A DNA stretch of 64,000 nucleotides from Candidatus Chisholmbacteria bacterium RIFCSPHIGHO2_01_FULL_52_32 (GCA_001816585.1 MHCJ01000003.1:82100-146099); one strand, 5' to 3'. Positions 18,676 to 28,629 are shown, counted from the stretch's first letter. A program made the numbers and translations. Notes: generated from the sequence alone by a model not told the origin.

Positions 18676-19017
18676 GAAACGTTTCGGTCTCTGCCTTTTT
18701 CCCCGGAATTCCCCGAGAAGCTCATCCGCTACGGCGGCGATTTCCCCTTTAAGCAATTTCACCGCATCTTTTCCGGTCTTTTCCGTGAGGTATACAAACA
18801 GCGCGTCGTTATGGGGAGCATCATGGAACCGTGTTAAGAAGTCGTGGTGGTGGTGGGAAGGCAGGTTATCCATGACGCAGCCAAGTACCCGATGGTGGAT
18901 GATTTCGTCAATCATCTGCCAGAGTTCCTCTTTCTCCGAAGGAGAGAGCGCGGTACGGTTGACTTCCCGCTCAAGCTCGTCGAGGACGATGAGGTGATCG
19001 TAAAAGACTTTACTCAT
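18613..19017 (-). CDS. Hypothetical protein
   Basis: 134 aa. It overlaps the upstream gene's stop by 4 nt. Confidence 0.5.
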   Translation of the reverse strand: MSKVFYDHLIVLDELEREVNRTALSPSEKEELWQMIDEIIHHRVLGCVMDNLPSHHHHDFLTRFHDAPHNDALFVYLTEKTGKDAVKLLKGEIAAVADELLGEFRGKRQRPKRFLTSKKRSKQNPQKKPGRQNK

Positions 19018-19964
19018 ATGGCTCCTTTCGTATAGTCTACCGGACCCAATGGGATTTGGTTTTGCGGATCATCGACAAAAAACAAAAGCACCGGGCCTTT
19101 TTTGTAGGTCGGTCCTCCCAAGGAAAACATGACCTCCGGGCTGCCCCCAAAATGCTTGCCAGTCCAGGCTGCGGGACCGGCGTCGGCTATTGATGCGACC
19201 ACGGTATTTCCGTTTTGGGTGTTTACAATGAGAACCTTCCGGTATCGGTACCAGTCGCGCAGATAGGGAAGGCGTCGGTTCCAGTCGGGTAGGTACATGG
19301 TTTGAACAACGGCGTACCAGCGCTCCTTCTCCTCAAGCGATGGAGTGAGCTCGGCTTTTGTCGGGGCGAATTGTCCCCAAGCGCCAAGCCCCGGCGCAAC
19401 CCCGGCTTGTAGGATTTTTCCTGCTCCATGGGCAGCGAGGCTATCACCCGGATATCTTTTGAGATGCTGTTCGGCGCCGATTAATCCAAAGGTGGTGTTG
19501 AGATGTTCTCCCTCAAGAGAGGCTTTGGCTTTGATGCCGAGCAGTCTGTCTATGATTTGCTCGAGAAGCTTTTCCTCATCGTGCGTTAACGGGCGAACTT
19601 TTTCGGGGAGGATCTCCCGTAACGATTTCACCAGAAGCCCTTTTGGTGTCGCATCGGGGAGTGATTGGCTGCGGCTGCGGAGCTTTTCAATGATTTCCTG
19701 GGGAACCGGGAGGGATTTGATCCCGGATGGGGGAGTGAGGAGAAAGCTGGCGGTGAGGGCACCGGCACCGATAATTTTAGCGGAGTGGCTGCGGATTTCC
19801 GAAAGATCGAGACCCCGATCCTGAAAAAATTTCTCTACATGGGGATGTTTGCCGAAGAGTTGTGTTTTTACCTTGTGGTGCTTGGCCTGGATGCGATGGA
19901 GGATGGGATGGACGGCTGTCCTTTGCAGGCGCGGATGGGGGAGGCGTTTGGTTGGTTTTCGCAT
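19014..19964 (-). CDS. RlpA-like double-psi beta-barrel domain protein (putative lytic transglycosylase family)
   Basis: C-terminus '…VLIVNTQNGNTVVASIADAGPAAWTGKHFGGSPEVMFSLG' resembles the RlpA/expansin-like DPBB core (VxVTNxxNGxSVVVRINDRGP…LS…LG). Confidence 0.45.
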   Translation of the reverse strand: MRKPTKRLPHPRLQRTAVHPILHRIQAKHHKVKTQLFGKHPHVEKFFQDRGLDLSEIRSHSAKIIGAGALTASFLLTPPSGIKSLPVPQEIIEKLRSRSQSLPDATPKGLLVKSLREILPEKVRPLTHDEEKLLEQIIDRLLGIKAKASLEGEHLNTTFGLIGAEQHLKRYPGDSLAAHGAGKILQAGVAPGLGAWGQFAPTKAELTPSLEEKERWYAVVQTMYLPDWNRRLPYLRDWYRYRKVLIVNTQNGNTVVASIADAGPAAWTGKHFGGSPEVMFSLGGPTYKKGPVLLFFVDDPQNQIPLGPVDYTKGAI

Positions 19965-19998
19965 GGCGCAGTTCTATTGTACCACTGGCGGAGGGGGG

Positions 19999-20135
19999 GA
20001 GAGAGGAATTTAGAGTTTACAATTCAAAGTTAAAAGTGAAAAATTACAATTCAAAATGAAAAGTTTCTCTCCAGACTTGTAACTTTAAACTACAACTTTG
20101 AACTTTACACTTTACACTTTAGACTTTTTAACCCT
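19999..20135. repeat. AT-rich palindromic repeat block (AAAGTTAAAAGTGAAAA / TTTACACTTTAGAC family)
   Basis: An imperfect long palindrome built from 'caaagttaaaagtgaaaa' units. The same family is at 30385-30445, 37040-37150, 38595-38690, 42448-42545, 47028-47068 and 61000-61100. Confidence 0.5.
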
Positions 20136-20153
20136 AGACCCAAGTGCCTTCTT

Positions 20154-20882
20154 GTGCAGGATGGTTTTGGGATGGAAACGAAGGCCGTACCTTTTCGGAT
20201 ATGGAAGCTCGCTCGTTCAAACGATGAAAGAAAGCGAGAGCTTTCCTTCGACAGGTTCAAGACAAGTCAGCCCTCAGAGCTTCAACTTGTTTTTGAAGGA
20301 CATTTTTGTTATAGAGGAAGGACTATGGAAGGACTGATTGAGGGGATTTTAAGCGGTAAAGAGAACCGCGTGGGGTTGGGGGGACTGTTTTCTGTTTCCT
20401 CCGGGGAACGGGTGTTCGTCGGAAGTGATCCGGGATCCGTACGCCAACCCGGAAAGGGAGAACGATCCATTGTAGTCAAGGGCTTGCCGGAGCGCACACT
20501 GTCACGCTTGGCAGTAGAACTGTCCCTTAATCCGGAGGGGAACCTGCGTGTGGTGAGAGGCTCTGGCTCACGGAAAGGGAAGCGCTACTTGCCGCAAAAC
20601 TCGGTAGATATCTGGGGTAGGGATCGTGAGAGGGGTATATGGGAAAAACAGCCGTTGGGCGTTTTACTGGCTGAGCAGATTTGGGCCAAATTTGACGGAG
20701 AGCCGGTGGTGGTGGATATCAACGTTCCCTTTCCCGGAGGCGGGAAGGGGATTGTCCGCTTGAACTCTGCCAGCACCAGTCGAGGAGAGCATGCGAGGTG
20801 GGAGTTTCGGGTTGAGACTGTTGAGCCCAGGAATGCAGATTTGAATTCGAGAGCGATAAGTAAACCGCGTCCTCATGCTTGA
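20154..20882 (+). CDS. Hypothetical protein
   Basis: 242-aa ORF. The start may be downstream at Met58. Confidence 0.4.
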   Translation: MQDGFGMETKAVPFRIWKLARSNDERKRELSFDRFKTSQPSELQLVFEGHFCYRGRTMEGLIEGILSGKENRVGLGGLFSVSSGERVFVGSDPGSVRQPGKGERSIVVKGLPERTLSRLAVELSLNPEGNLRVVRGSGSRKGKRYLPQNSVDIWGRDRERGIWEKQPLGVLLAEQIWAKFDGEPVVVDINVPFPGGGKGIVRLNSASTSRGEHARWEFRVETVEPRNADLNSRAISKPRPHA

Positions 20883-20947
20883 GGGAAAATCTTCAGGAAA
20901 GCTTGCCCACGGGTCGTTATTATTGAGATCACTGCCTAAGAAAGGGA

Positions 20948-21823
20948 ATGATGGTAGGAGCCGAGTCTGCGTCTTCAATGCAGTCTGAACAAAGAACCGA
21001 CCTCTTTTCGGAGCAGTTTGATCTGGCTTTAGCATTTTACGCACTCGACGATGGGACGCAGTCCCGCGAGCGGCACCGGGCGATCGTCCAAGAGATGGCC
21101 GACCGGGCAGTGGAGCTGGCATTGCCCCATCTTGCCCATGTAGTGGAAGAGCAACACGTTTCGCGAGCGGTACTGGTTGCCCCTTTACGGGGTGGGTTGG
21201 GATTGGTCACGCCCAGAACTTTGGGGCGGCTTCGAGGGGCGCTATCCGGGTTTGGGCCGTCTGATGTCTTGGTTGAGCCTTGGGCGGTGGGGGTGAAAAG
21301 GCACCCCGCCCAGGATCGGGCAGAGGTCTACTTTTCCTGCGGTCTTCAACGGGCTGACAATCATGATGCAGCTGCAATTATCCTTGACTTCGGAACGGCA
21401 ACCGGGTTGACGACCGTTGCAGTAGCGCGGGAACTCAAGCAGGCCGGCATTGATTATCGCCGAATGACTTCGATTTCGATGACCTTGGCGGAGAAGGGGA
21501 GGAAGAGGATCCTTGAGTCCTGTATAGATTCCGACGGCCGGCGGATTCAGATTGAGGCAGCGACACGCGCCAACTTGAACGACAAGGATTATGTCTACCA
21601 GATTGCCCCGACGTTCAGTGCTGCTTTTTGTGATGTCAACCCGAAGGATTGGGGAGAACGGATGTGGGGCATGGAAAATACCCATGGTTCACCGGATGTG
21701 CTTCATCATGAGGTCAATGAGTTTATGTACCATTTCTTTCAAACGTTCGAGGGTGTTACGGACTATTCCCAACGGGTGGCTCTCAAGGATTACTACCTCC
21801 GGCAGTACGCTCCTTTAGGGTAG
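20948..21823 (+). CDS. Phosphoribosyltransferase-like domain protein (hypothetical)
   Basis: 'AAIILDFGTATGLTT' resembles the type-I PRTase PRPP-binding motif. The rest is unassigned. Confidence 0.4.
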   Translation: MMVGAESASSMQSEQRTDLFSEQFDLALAFYALDDGTQSRERHRAIVQEMADRAVELALPHLAHVVEEQHVSRAVLVAPLRGGLGLVTPRTLGRLRGALSGFGPSDVLVEPWAVGVKRHPAQDRAEVYFSCGLQRADNHDAAAIILDFGTATGLTTVAVARELKQAGIDYRRMTSISMTLAEKGRKRILESCIDSDGRRIQIEAATRANLNDKDYVYQIAPTFSAAFCDVNPKDWGERMWGMENTHGSPDVLHHEVNEFMYHFFQTFEGVTDYSQRVALKDYYLRQYAPLG

Positions 21824-21888
21824 AGAACTTTCCTCTAGCGAGGCTTTTCGTATTGACAGGATTTTGGAAACTGTAGTACCGTTATGGT

Positions 21889-22110
21889 ATGGTAAAAAAG
21901 AGCTCGCTTGAAGCGCAGGTCGAGGGATGGAGGAATTTTGGGTTGTTACTCCTCCTTGTCTTAGGGGTTGTGGGGGCGATCAGCTACACCCTCATCGTTC
22001 GCCAAAAAACCCGCTTGGACATGCAGGAGCAGCGGATTGTTCAATTGACGGATTCCGTCAATGATCTTGAGGATTCGCTCAAGAGCCCCACTCCCATGCG
22101 CGGGCGCTAA
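21889..22110 (+). CDS. Small single-TM protein (hypothetical)
   Basis: 73-aa ORF with one hydrophobic segment. Confidence 0.35.
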   Translation: MVKKSSLEAQVEGWRNFGLLLLLVLGVVGAISYTLIVRQKTRLDMQEQRIVQLTDSVNDLEDSLKSPTPMRGR

Positions 22111-22144
22111 AACACCTGAATGCATGCCTTTTCTTTAAGGTTGG

Positions 22145-22438
22145 ATGCTTGTATCTCCTTCTTGGTTGATTTCTCCCGACGTGCATGGTATAACGACGAT
22201 CGTGTCTATTTCAATGCCTGAAGGATATCGAGGGGGAGTAAAAATTTGTCAGGATGCTGCCGATGATATTCGGGAAGTTGTGGTGAGGGATCTTCGGGAG
22301 AACGGCAGGCTTTCGCCCCCGATGCGACATATTTGCAAAGAGATCGCCACGAGCGATGCCCAGGTCCATTCGGAGATTGATCCAACGTTTACCTATGGCA
22401 GAGGACCTGCGGCAGGCAGGAGAGAGGAAATAAGGTAG
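22145..22438 (+). CDS. Hypothetical protein
   Basis: 97-aa ORF. Confidence 0.35.
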   Translation: MLVSPSWLISPDVHGITTIVSISMPEGYRGGVKICQDAADDIREVVVRDLRENGRLSPPMRHICKEIATSDAQVHSEIDPTFTYGRGPAAGRREEIR

Positions 22439-22550
22439 GGTTTGTATTTTCTTTCTTATCGCCTCTGTTCTCCTCTTGGTTTGATTGGTTTGATCGATTT
22501 CTCTTTTCCTCCAATGTCGTTTGTTCCCTCTTTGCTTGTCCAAAATTATT

Positions 22551-22755
22551 GTTACTTCTTTGCGCACACAAAGATGGGTGGTTACTTTCTTGCTCGTCCA
22601 AGAAAGTAACTAAAGAATGACGCCCCGTGAGCGGTCTTTCGGGAACAGGTTTCGCTCAGGTTTTGCGATCAAACTCCTCACCCTAAAGGTTCGTCGGACA
22701 GTCGATCGCTTACAAATGGTATTCGCTCAACCTGTTCTCGATACGCTTCGCTCAA
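22551..22755. repeat. Copy 3 (full length) of the ~200-bp hairpin element
   Basis: Contains hairpins TACTTCTTTG-cgcaca-CAAAGATG and GTTACTTTCTT-gctcgtcc-AAGAAAGTAAC, then a tail near-identical to 2150-2291. Confidence 0.5.
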
Positions 22756-22984
22756 AGGGGAATTTGTTTCAGCGGAATTCGTTCGCTTGCCCTTGACGAA
22801 ATTGTTCATAGGGATTTTCAGATTTGTAGTTTACCCATCGCTTTTTTATTGTCTATGCTTCGGTTCCCTCCTGAGGCGGGCAGGCGTATTAAATTGCTCC
22901 GCTCAAAGAGGGATTTGAGTCTAAGAAGCTACCAGCTAAGAAGCTGACTCCTAAACCCTAAACCCTAAACCATGCTCCTTGCTG

Positions 22985-23605
22985 TTAGGGGATGAGAATG
23001 CTGAAGAAGGCGTTTAAGACGGGAGAGATGAGGTAGGAGATTGGGGAAGTACCTCCGAAGGGGAGAATAAGCAATACCAGGAAGATCATGCCATATTGCG
23101 AGAGGATGGCGTTCCATTCATCGGCGAGATCGCGGGGCAAGAAGCCGATGAGGATCTTGCCTCCGTCTAAGGGGTGGATCGGAACGAGGTTAAAGATCGC
23201 CAGGACAAGATTCAAGCGGATGACGGAGGTCATGATAGCCCAGACAAGGAGTGAAGGGGGAAGAACGCGGAGAATGAGGGAGAAGAGGATGGCCACAGTG
23301 ATGTTTGAGGCGGGGCCGGCGAGGCCGATGAGGGCAGCGTCTTTTCGAGGGTTTTTCAAATTGTAGGGATCAAACTGGACCGGCTTTCCCCAGCCGAACC
23401 AGGTGATGAGCATGGCAACGGTTCCGACGAGATCCAAGTGGGCCCGGGGGTCCAAGGTGAGCCTTCCCTGGATTCTGGGTGTGGGATCCCCGAGTTTATC
23501 GGCAGCCAAGGCGTGGGCGAACTCATGAACCGCGATGGTCGCAACCAGGCTTCCGAAAATAACGATGAAAGCAAGGGGTCCGGCGGAAAAGAGTATACTG
23601 ATCAT
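22985..23605 (-). CDS. Peptidase M50 family (site-2 protease-like) membrane metalloprotease
   Basis: 'HEFAHALAA' is an HExxH in a TM helix. It has a multi-TM layout and a later 'LDGG' motif. Confidence 0.7.
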   Translation of the reverse strand: MISILFSAGPLAFIVIFGSLVATIAVHEFAHALAADKLGDPTPRIQGRLTLDPRAHLDLVGTVAMLITWFGWGKPVQFDPYNLKNPRKDAALIGLAGPASNITVAILFSLILRVLPPSLLVWAIMTSVIRLNLVLAIFNLVPIHPLDGGKILIGFLPRDLADEWNAILSQYGMIFLVLLILPFGGTSPISYLISPVLNAFFSILIP

Positions 23606-23675
23606 GGCTTGTTTTTTGCGATCTTGCCTGATATTATAGCGGAATATATTTGATTTGTCCTACGGGGAGACAACA

Positions 23676-24005
23676 ATGTACGCTTGTGAGCATTGCGGAA
23701 GAGGAGTTCAGGTCGGTCGACATATTCGCCATCATCGCGGTGTTGCCGGAGGACGCTGGAAGCGGAAGGCGCCGGTGACCGGGAGGTTGTGGCTGCCGAA
23801 CCTCCATATGGCCCGCGTCGTTGAGGGAGGGAAGATCCTTCGGCGCAGGCTTTGCACGCGGTGTTTGCGAAGGGCCGAAAGACCCCACCAGGCGCTTGAC
23901 GGCAATTCGAAACCTGTCGATTCTTCCGTTTCCAAAGTTGGAAGCTCCGGCGGGCAGGCGAAACCGAAGCCGGCTCTAGAAACACACGCTGTTCAAACGA
24001 TCTAG
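23676..24005 (+). CDS. rpmB: 50S ribosomal protein L28 with C-terminal extension
   Basis: 'CEHCGRG…VTGRLWLPNLHMARV…RRRLCTRCLRR' matches the L28 'R…PNLH' core. The ORF track starts at a TTG (23655); ATG 23676 with GGGGAG 6 nt upstream was chosen. Confidence 0.55.
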   Translation: MYACEHCGRGVQVGRHIRHHRGVAGGRWKRKAPVTGRLWLPNLHMARVVEGGKILRRRLCTRCLRRAERPHQALDGNSKPVDSSVSKVGSSGGQAKPKPALETHAVQTI

Positions 24006-24102
24006 TGTCTGTTTCGGGGAAACTCCGATATCGTTGAGAGGTTCGACCTTCTGACACTCGAGTTGAAAATCCGAGAGAATAGTGCTATAGTACGTTTCAT
24101 GA

Positions 24103-25848
24103 TTGGATCCAGCCGGAGGGCTGGATTTTTTAGAAGGGAAAATCCCGAGTCTTATGACAGAAAAACCACTTCCTATAGAGATCGAAGAACAAGACAGACA
24201 GATACCAATTACTCCGGAGGGCTTTTTCGATCTTTCCCGGTTCGCTGGTGTCCTACCGGAGAATGTCTGGAATCTCTCCGACGATGAGTTCGCTCTGTGG
24301 GCTGAGAAGCAAGCGAATTTGCAGGAGGGAGAGCCCGTCCTTCTAGCGCGGTTCCATCGACCAAAGCAGGGAGAGTTCGCAGGAAGAATGGTAACCCATG
24401 ATCTTGGGAAGAGCGGCGTGTTGGTGATGGATGAACCGGGAGCGACTACTGAGGTACACCTTCCGTATGTGGTCAAGGTTGTTGGTGAAACCAATCAGTA
24501 TTCCCAGCTGCGTCTGGTGAGAAAGCCCAACCTCGAAGACTGTGTGCGCTATCTTCGACAGCGGGAGGGAAAGGAAAGGAGAATCGAGATTCAGCAGATA
24601 TCCTTTCGTACGATCGTGTCCAGAGAGGATGAAAGCCCTGTCATGGGAAGGGAACCAGGTGGAAGGAAAACGTTTTTGAGAAAAAATCTCTCACCGGAAG
24701 TGAAAAATTCAGTAATTTATTCCGACGATCACGTGGTTGCGGTCGAACCGACCGAGGAGTCAAGGAAATATTCTTTTTGCGTTCCTATTGCCAAAGCGAG
24801 GGTTTGGGAACGAACCTCCGTTTCGGCCGTCCAAGAAAACGGAACACCGATTCCAGTTGTGTCAACTGAGCGCTTTTATGGCATCGACTCAGTGTATACA
24901 GGTGTCAAACGGATCGGTTGGTTTGATTCGCTGGCGAATGTGCTACCAGACCTCTCGCCCGAGAACCAAGCAATCCTGGCACGGTTGTGGAATGTTTATC
25001 GGAGAAAGGAGCTAGACAAGCAGAATAAGGGTGAGGAACTCAAGAAGCAAATCGCGGCAGACAAGCATGAGGCATGGGAAGCTTATGAGGATGGCAGGGT
25101 TGTGGTTGAACGAGATCGTCGGTATCGGGAGATTGGCGAGGATGGGGAAGAACACGATTTTGTGCCGGTTCTTGTTGATGGGGAGCGGTATGATATCGAG
25201 CCGTATTACCCCGACGGAACGCGCACGCGTTATGGCGGAAACTGGAAGGCATATACGGCTGCGGAAGCATTTGCCATCGTTGACAGTGATCGATATTTTT
25301 TAGAGAGTCTGTCGCGGGAAAAAGGGATTCAATTCCAGCCGGGACTGATTGCCGACCTTCGGCCGGATTCGGTTGAGATCGACATCGATCAATTGGCCCA
25401 TGCCCCACAGTACACTACGAATGGCTTTCGTTGGGGAAGGGAGCCGATCGCCAGGGACCATTTCAAAAGATTATTTGAATCAAAGATTGTGGAATTTGAG
25501 AGTAATGCGGTAAAACTCACCCTCGAATTTTCCCCCTGCCTTTACGAGCAAACAACTGTGGGGCAACAAGACGGAGGGATTGAGCCTGTACCGGTTGTCG
25601 AATATCGAGTGGCGTACCTCTTAAGCGATGAGATTGTCCAGTACGATGATCGAATCCTTTGCTTACGTGATCATGTTGAAGAACGGGTAGAGAAGATCCT
25701 GAATAAGGTGTTATCTGAACTCCATAAGCCTGCATGGATTCCTCCAGATGATGGTAGAAAAGTACGCTGGTTGGCAGGACAGGAGTGGGCGTCGTCAGAA
25801 ATTGATGGTGAGGCTGATGATGGAATAAAAGAGGAGAACGAGGTGTAA
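24103..25848 (+). CDS. Hypothetical protein, paralog A of a tandem pair
   Basis: 581 aa. The first ~300 aa parallel the next gene (shared 'F(A/L)LWA…', 'PYVV', 'SLED', '(E/P)(N/E)QAILARLWN'). Confidence 0.55.
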   Translation: MDPAGGLDFLEGKIPSLMTEKPLPIEIEEQDRQIPITPEGFFDLSRFAGVLPENVWNLSDDEFALWAEKQANLQEGEPVLLARFHRPKQGEFAGRMVTHDLGKSGVLVMDEPGATTEVHLPYVVKVVGETNQYSQLRLVRKPNLEDCVRYLRQREGKERRIEIQQISFRTIVSREDESPVMGREPGGRKTFLRKNLSPEVKNSVIYSDDHVVAVEPTEESRKYSFCVPIAKARVWERTSVSAVQENGTPIPVVSTERFYGIDSVYTGVKRIGWFDSLANVLPDLSPENQAILARLWNVYRRKELDKQNKGEELKKQIAADKHEAWEAYEDGRVVVERDRRYREIGEDGEEHDFVPVLVDGERYDIEPYYPDGTRTRYGGNWKAYTAAEAFAIVDSDRYFLESLSREKGIQFQPGLIADLRPDSVEIDIDQLAHAPQYTTNGFRWGREPIARDHFKRLFESKIVEFESNAVKLTLEFSPCLYEQTTVGQQDGGIEPVPVVEYRVAYLLSDEIVQYDDRILCLRDHVEERVEKILNKVLSELHKPAWIPPDDGRKVRWLAGQEWASSEIDGEADDGIKEENEV

Positions 25849-25876
25849 GGTATTAAACGAGAAAGGCTATACTTTT

Positions 25877-26857
25877 ATGGCTGGTATTCGTGAACGCCAA
25901 ACACAATTTCTCGGGAGTGGGGACCGCAACGACCGGGGCGCAGCTTTTGTGATTGCGTCAGATGGCTTTGTCGATCTTTCTCCTTTGGAAACCGCTCTTC
26001 CTACTACACTTCGGGAGCTGCCGGACGAAACGTTTCTCGCATGGGCTGCCGATCGGCCTGAAACCCACGAAGGGCGTGAAGGACGGGATTTTGACGATAT
26101 CGTAACTTTCGTTCGGGGAAGGAAGGGAGATTGGATTACGTTGGACATGAGTAAGCTTGGGATTTTCCGCAGCGAGGTTGAGAATTTAAAAATTGATGAA
26201 GGGGTGCCGTATGTGGTTAATATTACAGGTCGTAATCCCGCAGGGAACAAGGGAAAAGGGGTGTATTTTGTTGATGTCTTACGCCAACCCAGCCTTGAGG
26301 ATCTCGAGATTTATTCGCGGGCGTTGTCAAGGAAGTATAGCACCGGGACTCACCTGCAGCTGATGAGAGATTTTGTGCACGCAGAGTTTTATCCGACGTG
26401 GGATGGAAAAACAGAGGGTTATGTCAGCGGCAGAGGAGGACTTTTTGGAGGCTTTTCCGGACCCTTGAGTCTTGATTGGAGAGCCAAGATTCATCCCGAT
26501 ATTTATACAGAATGGGTCGGAATGGCGAATTTGCGCAGCCATCCGACAACATTTATCCCCGTTTGTGTTGCGAAGGAGTGGGAGCGTCAGAGGGTGACAC
26601 TCCAACGATACCCGTCGTTCGATGATCAGGCTATACCCGTAGTCCAGAGGACAAAATACTGGGGAATTCGTGGGCGTGATGTTAAAACCGTTCCCGTGGA
26701 TTCTTTAGGAGCTTTGGATCGGGTGTCCCGGAGTCTTCCAATACCGGAGCAGGCGATCCTGGCACGGTTATGGAATATCCATTGGCAAGGGCAGGGAGAG
26801 AGACGGGAGCTTATATCTTCGGTTCTTGATCGGCTCAAGAGCGAAAACTTGGAGTAG
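25877..26857 (+). CDS. Hypothetical protein, paralog B of the tandem pair
   Basis: 326 aa, homologous to the N-terminal half of the previous ORF. Confidence 0.55.
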   Translation: MAGIRERQTQFLGSGDRNDRGAAFVIASDGFVDLSPLETALPTTLRELPDETFLAWAADRPETHEGREGRDFDDIVTFVRGRKGDWITLDMSKLGIFRSEVENLKIDEGVPYVVNITGRNPAGNKGKGVYFVDVLRQPSLEDLEIYSRALSRKYSTGTHLQLMRDFVHAEFYPTWDGKTEGYVSGRGGLFGGFSGPLSLDWRAKIHPDIYTEWVGMANLRSHPTTFIPVCVAKEWERQRVTLQRYPSFDDQAIPVVQRTKYWGIRGRDVKTVPVDSLGALDRVSRSLPIPEQAILARLWNIHWQGQGERRELISSVLDRLKSENLE

Positions 26858-27911
26858 TTTTTTCTTTTTCTTCTTTGCTTTTCAACATGTGCGGAAGATG
26901 GTGTTTGAACTCGTTTTGCTTGCACCGATTGAGGACCTTTGAAATGAGCGCATCGGTTTGTTCGGGAGTTTTTTGGGTAAGAGGAGCGATTGTTTGGGCG
27001 ATTTTCTTTGGAGACAAATGTTGATCAAAATGAAGATAAAGGATCGGATCAGCCTCTTCATAAGAAAACCCTAATTCTGCTTCGTCGGTCTGACCTTGCC
27101 ATAAACCTGCGGTTGGGGTTTTGGTGATGATCGCATCGGGAATCGTCAGATATTTTGCGAGTTCGCGGACTTGGGTTTTGTAGAGATGGCGGATGGGCTC
27201 GACGTCGGAGGCTTCATCGCCGAAGCGGGTGTAGTAACCAAGCAGGTGCTCGGAGCGGTTTTCGGTTCCGATAACAAGAGCGTCATGGAGTTTTGCTTGA
27301 TCAAAGATGACTATCATCCGGGCGCGGGCGGCAAGGTTAGCCAGGCGGAGGCGGTTGAGAGATGCTGTCGCATCGGGTGACGCAGTTTGCTTGGTCGCTA
27401 AGGTTAGGTTTGTTGCTGTCTTTTCATCATGAGGAGCTTGCCAGGTTTTCAGCCTGGCCATCGCTCCCTTCGCAAACCGGTCACCCTTTGCTCCTTGTGT
27501 GGGGTGAGTCTTATGGGTTGATGCAAGCGGCGAAAATAGGCTACCCTCGCTTTCCCTTGTTTTAGCGTAGTGGTTAATGATGCGCCAGGTTTTTTGGATG
27601 ATGGCCGTGATGGGGATGATGCTGAGATGTTCCTCCGGGATCTTTGTAAGAGAAAGCAGCGAACGCAAATGTTCGAGGTGGATGGGACCTGAAGCTCGTG
27701 ATGGAAGGTAAATGACATGGAGATGGGTTGGACCGACTGCCTTTGCTGTGAGAACGAGGCTTACTGAGGAATCTACTCCGCCGGAGGCCGCAATCACCGC
27801 TTCGGTTTTGCCCGCATTTTGAACGGTCGCTTTGATGAATGATGAGATTGTCTGTGTTTCTGGTTTGGGATCGATTGTCGGAGGATATTTCTGAGAAAAC
27901 TTCGCCATGGT
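26835..27911 (-). CDS. nadE: NH3-dependent NAD+ synthetase NadE
   Basis: 'AASGGVDSSVSL' PP-loop. The start was trimmed to Met at 27909-27911 (ORF track 28058). Confidence 0.8.
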   Translation of the reverse strand, partial: TMAKFSQKYPPTIDPKPETQTISSFIKATVQNAGKTEAVIAASGGVDSSVSLVLTAKAVGPTHLHVIYLPSRASGPIHLEHLRSLLSLTKIPEEHLSIIPITAIIQKTWRIINHYAKTRESEGSLFSPLASTHKTHPTQGAKGDRFAKGAMARLKTWQAPHDEKTATNLTLATKQTASPDATASLNRLRLANLAARARMIVIFDQAKLHDALVIGTENRSEHLLGYYTRFGDEASDVEPIRHLYKTQVRELAKYLTIPDAIITKTPTAGLWQGQTDEAELGFSYEEADPILYLHFDQHLSPKKIAQTIAPLTQKTPEQTDALISKVLNRCKQNEFKHHLPHMLKSKEEKEKTTPSFRS

Positions 27912-27924
27912 AGAGGATCTCTTC

Positions 27925-28554
27925 TTAATAAAGTTTATGGACTCTAAGGTATTGTAGCACCGCTTTTGGGACAAGGTGGGCAATCGGAAGACGTTTCCCA
28001 ATTCTCTCGCGGATGAGGGTCGAGGAGAGGTTTGTGATGACTTGGTTTGGGGAGTCAAGCAGGGTCATATTGAGAAACTTCAAGTCGTTGGTATAGCCGG
28101 CTCGCGGGTAGATGTAAAAGGGAAGTTGTGAAAGGAGAATCTCCCAGTGGCCCCATTTGGTGAAGCCGCCGAGCTGATCGGAGCCCATTAGGAATGAATA
28201 ATGAATAGGGAATAATGAATTATGGTCGGAGAGATCCATTTTCCTTTGAAGATACTCCCTTTCTGAATGGAGTTTTTGCAGGGCTGCGTAGGTTTCGCCG
28301 GAGAGTCTGAAATCTACTTCTATGGGACAGCATTTTACCTTCGTTTGGACGTTGGGGGAAAGGGTGTTGATGAGGAGGTTTGCCATAGCAAGGCGGTGCT
28401 TGGCAGGGGCGAGGTTTTTTAAGAAGGTATGCTTGAAACAGGGAAGGATCCACAGTTCGTCGATGTTTGGGATGAGCTCAAACGCCTGCTCAATGACGAT
28501 CGCATGCCCAAGGTGCGGAGGGTTGAAACTGCCTCCGAAGAGCGTTATGTTCAT
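27925..28554 (-). CDS. nadD: Nicotinate-nucleotide adenylyltransferase NadD
   Basis: 'LFGGSFNPPHLGH' (H/T)xGH motif. Forms an operon with nadE. Confidence 0.8.
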   Translation of the reverse strand: MNITLFGGSFNPPHLGHAIVIEQAFELIPNIDELWILPCFKHTFLKNLAPAKHRLAMANLLINTLSPNVQTKVKCCPIEVDFRLSGETYAALQKLHSEREYLQRKMDLSDHNSLFPIHYSFLMGSDQLGGFTKWGHWEILLSQLPFYIYPRAGYTNDLKFLNMTLLDSPNQVITNLSSTLIRERIGKRLPIAHLVPKAVLQYLRVHKLY

Positions 28555-28629
28555 GACTTCAGATTATACGCGATTCCCGATTGTATTTTCAGGGGTGACA
28601 TATTCGTATTTTTCGGTACAATATAGGGC

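Noticed and set aside
18401-18997. 198-aa plus-strand ORF rich in Arg/Ser/Trp
   Set aside because: It overlaps the credible minus-strand gene 18613..19017 and runs through repeat DNA. The composition is typical of a wrong-frame read.
22957-22982. Telomere repeat as evidence of eukaryotic or organellar origin of the window
   Set aside because: All flanking genes are typical bacterial genes (rpoD, mreBCD, PBP2, sortase, def/fmt). The units are short and belong to the local intergenic repeat vocabulary.
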